A stretch of 64,000 nucleotides of DNA from a virus. Location of the stretch: IMG/VR virus record IMGVR_UViG_3300025890_000018. The stretch is one strand, 5' to 3'. The notes beneath the pieces were generated by a model. It was not told where the DNA came from. It ran no database searches and was given only the letters and a program-made list of their open reading frames with translations. Made by a program: the position numbers and the translations under genes. Positions 59,817-64,000 of the stretch are shown here, one piece after another. Numbering within the stretch: position 1 is the stretch's first letter; each line of letters starts with the position of its first letter.

Positions 59817-60694
59817 TGAAAAATATAATTTACCAATACTGGAAAGGCGATTTAAAGCCCGGTGTTAAATATAGCTGTAAGCTTATGAAAGAATATGCTA
59901 AACGTATTGGTGTAGAATATAGATTTGATCATAATAAAACGATTGCCGGCAAGGTAGTTAATGTTCCAATCTATTATGAACCAGCCAATCCGTTAGTATC
60001 TGATGACTTTGATGAGTATGACAATGTTATGCTATGTGATGTTGATGTATTTCCAACTGAAGGATTATCTGATAACATTTTTGATTTATTAGATGGAGAA
60101 GATGCCGGTATTTGCACAGAACCAAAGCAGCCTTACTTTAGAACCATATATGCATCTGGTGGTATCACTAGTGACATTGATAAACGTTGGGCAAAGGTGT
60201 GTAAAGATAACTGGGGTGTAGATTATCCTGTCGACAAATTGGATAGACCAGAAGTATTTAACACCGGTGTTGTAGTTATCTCTAAAGCTGGTTTGAAGAA
60301 GATGAAAACAGAGTGGCCAACATTTCAAGAATATGTAAACCAAATGCGTGAATTCCCTAATTTTTATAGACTATTCCAAGATTATTTTTCAGCGTTTATT
60401 CACTTACCTAATTTTAATTTAAAGCGATTGCCTAATGAATGGAACTGCTATATGCATAAAGTAGGTTCACATCCAAACGCAAAGATCGGTGATAATAGAC
60501 CAGAGAATGCTAAGCTAGTTCATATTATGTTTCGCACCGCTGATGACTGGTCAACTGATGTTCTTTGGAGAATCACTAATAAACCGATAGCCGAATGGAA
60601 TTTACATCTACACAAAGAGTGGCCAAACGAGCCATCGAAAACAGATAATAGTTTACTAGGTCAACTAAAGGATATTTCTAATGTTAACAGCTGA
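59816..60694 (+). CDS. Nucleotide-sugar glycosyltransferase (GT-A, DxD) paralog 3
   Basis: 'VMLCDVDVFP' is a DxD motif, and 'FNTGVVVISK' is typical of GT8-like folds. Confidence 0.55.
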   Translation: MKNIIYQYWKGDLKPGVKYSCKLMKEYAKRIGVEYRFDHNKTIAGKVVNVPIYYEPANPLVSDDFDEYDNVMLCDVDVFPTEGLSDNIFDLLDGEDAGICTEPKQPYFRTIYASGGITSDIDKRWAKVCKDNWGVDYPVDKLDRPEVFNTGVVVISKAGLKKMKTEWPTFQEYVNQMREFPNFYRLFQDYFSAFIHLPNFNLKRLPNEWNCYMHKVGSHPNAKIGDNRPENAKLVHIMFRTADDWSTDVLWRITNKPIAEWNLHLHKEWPNEPSKTDNSLLGQLKDISNVNS

Positions 60695-61271
60695 AATAGA
60701 TCATGTAGAATCAGTTGAAGAATTTTATAAAGAAATTCGTACTCAGCAAGAATTGTTTCATGGTGATCATTATTGCGCAATGCATGATGCAATTCAAAAG
60801 TTTATGAAAGACTGTAGGTCGTATAAAGAACTTGGTACACACCAAGGTGCTAGTGCTGCAGCTGCAATGTTAGGTGAACATAAGCCAAAGTATATGGAAT
60901 TGATTGATATTGATCACGTTAAATATCGTAAGACTCTTAAGAGATTAGCAGAACCATATTGTAAAGAACACGGCATTGAACTTGTAGTACGTGAAGCAGA
61001 TTCTGGTGGTCTTGGTTCTATGTCCAATAAAGCAGTGGATATGCTTATGATTGATTCAATTCATAAAAGACCACATATGGAAAAAGAATTGCAGATTCAC
61101 GGGCAAATGGTTACTAAATATATCGTAGCCCACGATACTAGTAAAGCACAATCAAGTAATTTAATTGAGCTTTATGAATGTTTAGTTAATTTTTGTATAG
61201 ACAATCCATCTTGGAAAGTCGAAGAACGAGGTGTTGAAAACGTTGGATACACCGTATTGAAAAGGAGTTAA
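60681..61271 (+). CDS. Class I SAM-dependent methyltransferase-like protein
   Basis: 'YKELGTHQGASAAAA' is motif I-like (E-x-G-x-x-x-G). 'MLMIDSIH' is an acidic/hydrophobic strand, as in O-methyltransferase family 3-like proteins. Confidence 0.5.
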   Translation: MLTAEIDHVESVEEFYKEIRTQQELFHGDHYCAMHDAIQKFMKDCRSYKELGTHQGASAAAAMLGEHKPKYMELIDIDHVKYRKTLKRLAEPYCKEHGIELVVREADSGGLGSMSNKAVDMLMIDSIHKRPHMEKELQIHGQMVTKYIVAHDTSKAQSSNLIELYECLVNFCIDNPSWKVEERGVENVGYTVLKRS

Positions 61272-61274
61272 ATA

Positions 61275-61511
61275 ATGGAAGCACTACTTATTATCGCAGC
61301 ATTGGCGGCCGGAGCACATTATCTTCAAGATGATGATGTGCCTAATAACGCAATCCATAGTTCACAGACTACAAAAAATATTTCAACTTTTAAAGCAGAT
61401 ATCAATCATGAATTAAGCTTAGCACAGATTGATTGGAGTAAAGCTGGCAACTTTAAAGTTGGTGATTCACCTGAAACTGGTGTACAGTGGGTATTTTTAA
61501 CAGGTAAGTAA
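61275..61511 (+). CDS. Small protein with an N-terminal hydrophobic segment
   Basis: A 78-aa ORF. 'MEALLIIAALAAGAHYL' could be a signal or anchor sequence. Confidence 0.45.
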   Translation: MEALLIIAALAAGAHYLQDDDVPNNAIHSSQTTKNISTFKADINHELSLAQIDWSKAGNFKVGDSPETGVQWVFLTGK

Positions 61512-61512
61512 A

Positions 61513-62208
61513 ATGCAAGCGTATGCAATCGTAATTAAAGATCACGAAGTATCTGAGACTGGTTATAACAATCTAAAAGTTTCTTCTGAAAAATTTAAAA
61601 ATTCTTTTAAGATTAGAAGGTTCGATGCTATTACACCTAAGATGGCAAGAACTGTTATGTCTGGTAATGGTCTTAAGTGGAAGTACCCTTGGGAAGGAAA
61701 AGAAACAGATTTGAAAACCGGTTTAATTAAATCGGCATATCAAACTGCTAACAAGAATACGAGGATTGCATGTGCATTAAGTCACTGGTTATTGTGGCAT
61801 AAATGTTTTACAGAAGATACACCTCTTCTTATATTAGAACACGATGCGTTGTTTATTGAAAAGCTAGAACATAGTTCAATACTAAAAAGCGAATTTGATA
61901 TTATAGGAATTAATAGTCCAGCAGCCGCAACACGTAAAGCTCATGAATTTCATGATATGGTTCAAGCCAAAAGATCATTGATCCAACCGGTTCCTACAGT
62001 TGATGAATTTAATGTGCCACAAGGATTGGCTGGAAATAGCGCATATATAATTAAACCAGCTGGAGCAAAGTCTATACTAGATGCTGCTCGAGAACATGGG
62101 CTTTGGCCTAATGATGCATTAATGTGTAAGCAAATTATTTCAAACCTCGGTGTGACTAAGACTTATTATACTCGAGTTCAAGGTCTACCATCAACAACGG
62201 TAAGTTAA
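61513..62208 (+). CDS. Glycosyltransferase family 25-like (LPS/LOS-type) protein, copy 1
   Basis: 'MQAYAIVIKDH', 'ACALSHWLLWHKC' and 'LILEHDALF' match the GT25 layout (the H-x-x-x-W and E-D/H-D-A blocks). Confidence 0.65.
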   Translation: MQAYAIVIKDHEVSETGYNNLKVSSEKFKNSFKIRRFDAITPKMARTVMSGNGLKWKYPWEGKETDLKTGLIKSAYQTANKNTRIACALSHWLLWHKCFTEDTPLLILEHDALFIEKLEHSSILKSEFDIIGINSPAAATRKAHEFHDMVQAKRSLIQPVPTVDEFNVPQGLAGNSAYIIKPAGAKSILDAAREHGLWPNDALMCKQIISNLGVTKTYYTRVQGLPSTTVS

Positions 62209-62859
62209 ATGAAAGCATTTGTAATAACAATTAAAGATAATGAAAGATCGGTGAAATATGCTCAACGGTGTATTGAATCAGGTAAAAAACACGGGCTTGA
62301 AATTAAACAATTTAATGCGTTTACTCCTAAAGATAATCCTGAAAAATTTTTAGAGTCTCGTGGAATTAATCCAAATAGATTTAAAGAAAAATATTCAAGG
62401 CCAGAAAATTGTATGTCTGCTTTTATTTCTCATTATTCATGTTGGGAAATATCAAGAGATATGAATGAAACAGTAGTTATTTTTGAACATGATGCTCTTA
62501 TAACTGGACAAGTTCCGGTTGATGTTGAGTTTGATAAAGTCATGACATTTTCTAAACCTTCTTATGGAAAATACAATACTCCACTTAAACTTGGTGTAGA
62601 TGGACTAATTCAAAAACAATACTTTGGTGGTGCTCATGGTTACATCGTTAAACCAGAAGGTGCTAAAGAATTAGTTACCAAAGCGGTGTCACATGCAGGA
62701 CCTACGGATATATACCTCAATACGCAAAATTTCCCTTGGTTGCAAGAATATTATCCGTGGGTCTGCATGGCGGCTGATTCATTTTCTACAATACAAAATG
62801 AAACCGGTTGTTTAGCTAAACATAATTATAAAATAGGATATAAGATAATCGATGCCTAA
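62209..62859 (+). CDS. Glycosyltransferase family 25-like protein, copy 2
   Basis: 'MKAFVITIKDNERS', 'CMSAFISHYSCWE' and 'VIFEHDALI'. It is a tandem paralog of 61513..62208. Confidence 0.65.
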   Translation: MKAFVITIKDNERSVKYAQRCIESGKKHGLEIKQFNAFTPKDNPEKFLESRGINPNRFKEKYSRPENCMSAFISHYSCWEISRDMNETVVIFEHDALITGQVPVDVEFDKVMTFSKPSYGKYNTPLKLGVDGLIQKQYFGGAHGYIVKPEGAKELVTKAVSHAGPTDIYLNTQNFPWLQEYYPWVCMAADSFSTIQNETGCLAKHNYKIGYKIIDA

Positions 62860-63532
62860 AATGCCAGATAATTTATTCCTAACAGGATGTGATGAAAAAA
62901 CTGAATGGCAGCTGCCATGGTTTTTAGAAAACTATTTTAAACATAACAATACGCCTATTGCCATTGGCAATTTCGGTATGTCTGATGAGATGGTGCGTTG
63001 GTGTGAAACTAAAAGTCATGCTTTTTGCTTAATGCATCATGATCAAGTTGGTCAGTTTGAAAAAGCTTGGTTCTTGAAACCAGCTGCAATGTTAAAAGCA
63101 CCGGGTAAAAAAGTAGTATGGCTTGACACAGATTGCCAAGTAATGTCAAATCTAGATCATATCTTTCGAATCCTTGTACCAAATAAACTTAATATGGTAA
63201 TGGATAGACCTTGGCTTAAGCGTAGGAAAGAAGAGTGGTTTAATTCAGGTGTTGTAGGATTTATTGGTAAGCCAGAAATTCTACATAAATGGGCTAAGCA
63301 AGTTGAAGATACACCTAACGTTGGTGATCAAGAAGTATTACACTCGATGCTTGATCCTCTTAATAGACAGATATATATTCATGAGTTACCGAATAAATGG
63401 AATTGGTTAAGGCTACAAATTGAACATGATAATGAAGATTCAAATGATAAGAAAATTATGCACTGGACTGGTGCCAAAGGTAATGATAGGATTAAAGGGT
63501 TGATGAAGATTAAGGAGGTTATTCGTGCCTAG
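62852..63532 (+). CDS. Glycosyltransferase (GT-A, DxD)-like protein
   Basis: 'VVWLDTDCQV' is a DxD motif, and 'FNSGVVGF' is GT8-like. Confidence 0.5.
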   Translation: MPKMPDNLFLTGCDEKTEWQLPWFLENYFKHNNTPIAIGNFGMSDEMVRWCETKSHAFCLMHHDQVGQFEKAWFLKPAAMLKAPGKKVVWLDTDCQVMSNLDHIFRILVPNKLNMVMDRPWLKRRKEEWFNSGVVGFIGKPEILHKWAKQVEDTPNVGDQEVLHSMLDPLNRQIYIHELPNKWNWLRLQIEHDNEDSNDKKIMHWTGAKGNDRIKGLMKIKEVIRA

Positions 63533-64000
63533 AACAGTACACATTATTGGTAATGGCGATTCAGCTGTATTATATCATGAAGAGCCACGTAAAGGTTTAA
63601 AGCTTACATGTAACCTACCACCATTTGCCGTGCCGGATGCATATGCCACATGTATGGTTGACTTTAAGATGATGCATACTATTAATACCGGTGTTATCGA
63701 TGTTCCCGGTGAATGGATTCTTGGTGCTCGTCCAAAGTTGTATATGGAAAAACATCCAATCTATTACACCAAACGTGCTCCACAAATTAAACAATTTTAT
63801 ACCAAACTTCCAAAATATGCTGCAAATTATACAGACTTTAATTGTGGTCATATGGCAACATACTTTTCACTTGAGCATCTTAAAGCTGAAGTGATCCATA
63901 TGTATGGATTTGATTCTATCTTTGATTTTAATTTAAGATCAAGTACAGATTTTTATATTACTTCTGATAGAGGCAATATGAATAATAATCGGTTGACTAA
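63525..64000 (+). CDS. Partial ORF (3' end beyond window), possibly a glycosyltransferase or accessory-factor-like protein
   Basis: Absent from the ORF track because it runs off the edge. TAAGGAGG lies 6 nt upstream of GTG 63525, and the frame is stop-free to position 64000 (VPRTVHIIGNGDSAVLYHEEPRKG...). 'HIIGNGDS' resembles the N-terminal IIGNGPS block of some bacterial sialyl/glycosyltransferase-like families. Confidence 0.5.
   Translation, partial: MPRTVHIIGNGDSAVLYHEEPRKGLKLTCNLPPFAVPDAYATCMVDFKMMHTINTGVIDVPGEWILGARPKLYMEKHPIYYTKRAPQIKQFYTKLPKYAANYTDFNCGHMATYFSLEHLKAEVIHMYGFDSIFDFNLRSSTDFYITSDRGNMNNNRLT

Noticed and set aside
1-64000. tRNA genes, CRISPR arrays, integrase/transposase genes or attachment sites.
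   Set aside because: The intergenic gaps are short and none shows a cloverleaf-compatible sequence. There are no regularly spaced direct repeats and no recombinase motifs, so the window looks like a strictly lytic T4-type genome segment.

Overview
AT-rich segment of a tailed dsDNA phage genome with T4-type organisation, resembling marine T4-like myoviruses. I cannot assign a host or species from sequence alone. Nearly all genes from about 7.3 kb to the right edge are on the + strand and tightly packed, often with ATGA or TAATG overlaps. The clearest block is a T4-syntenic morphogenesis module at 25.6-38.0 kb: neck gp13/gp14, gp15, small and large terminase gp16/gp17, sheath gp18, tube gp19, portal gp20, two small core proteins, prohead protease gp21, scaffold gp22 and major capsid gp23. 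Two loci flank it (21.9-25.5 kb and 40.8-46.2 kb) and encode five paralogous fibre-like proteins. These share an N-terminal module and carry FG-GAP beta-propeller, triple LamG or other distal domains. Other recognisable content: an overlapped i-/o-spanin pair next to a membrane-anchored DUF1353 protein; a class II (B12) ribonucleotide reductase followed by a GIY-YIG nuclease and an SNase-like nuclease; T4-type RNase H; a PD-(D/E)XK nuclease; and an NT5C-type deoxyribonucleotidase. There are three accessory islands. (i) 0-7.3 kb, on mixed strands: several cupin/Asp-beta-hydroxylase-like oxygenases, two Stf0-like sulfotransferases, a class III aminotransferase, and GNAT- and SDR-like genes. (ii) 11.4-18.4 kb: nine consecutive, mostly lysine-rich genes whose products all start with a motif very close to the T4 capsid-targeting sequence. 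Some carry enzyme motifs, so this is a candidate oversized battery of packaged and ejected internal proteins. (iii) 56.4-64.0 kb: an operon-like glycan-synthesis island with about 7 glycosyltransferases, UDP-galactopyranose mutase and 2 methyltransferases. Regulatory signals seen directly are a repeated sigma70-type early promoter cassette (TTTACA/TGTACA, 17 nt spacer, TGgTATAAT, with conserved downstream AGATCTATAA), T4-type late promoter boxes (TATAAATA) ahead of structural genes, and a few intrinsic terminators. I saw no tRNA, rRNA, CRISPR array, integrase or transposase. Functional calls rest on motif recognition by eye, not on database searches.
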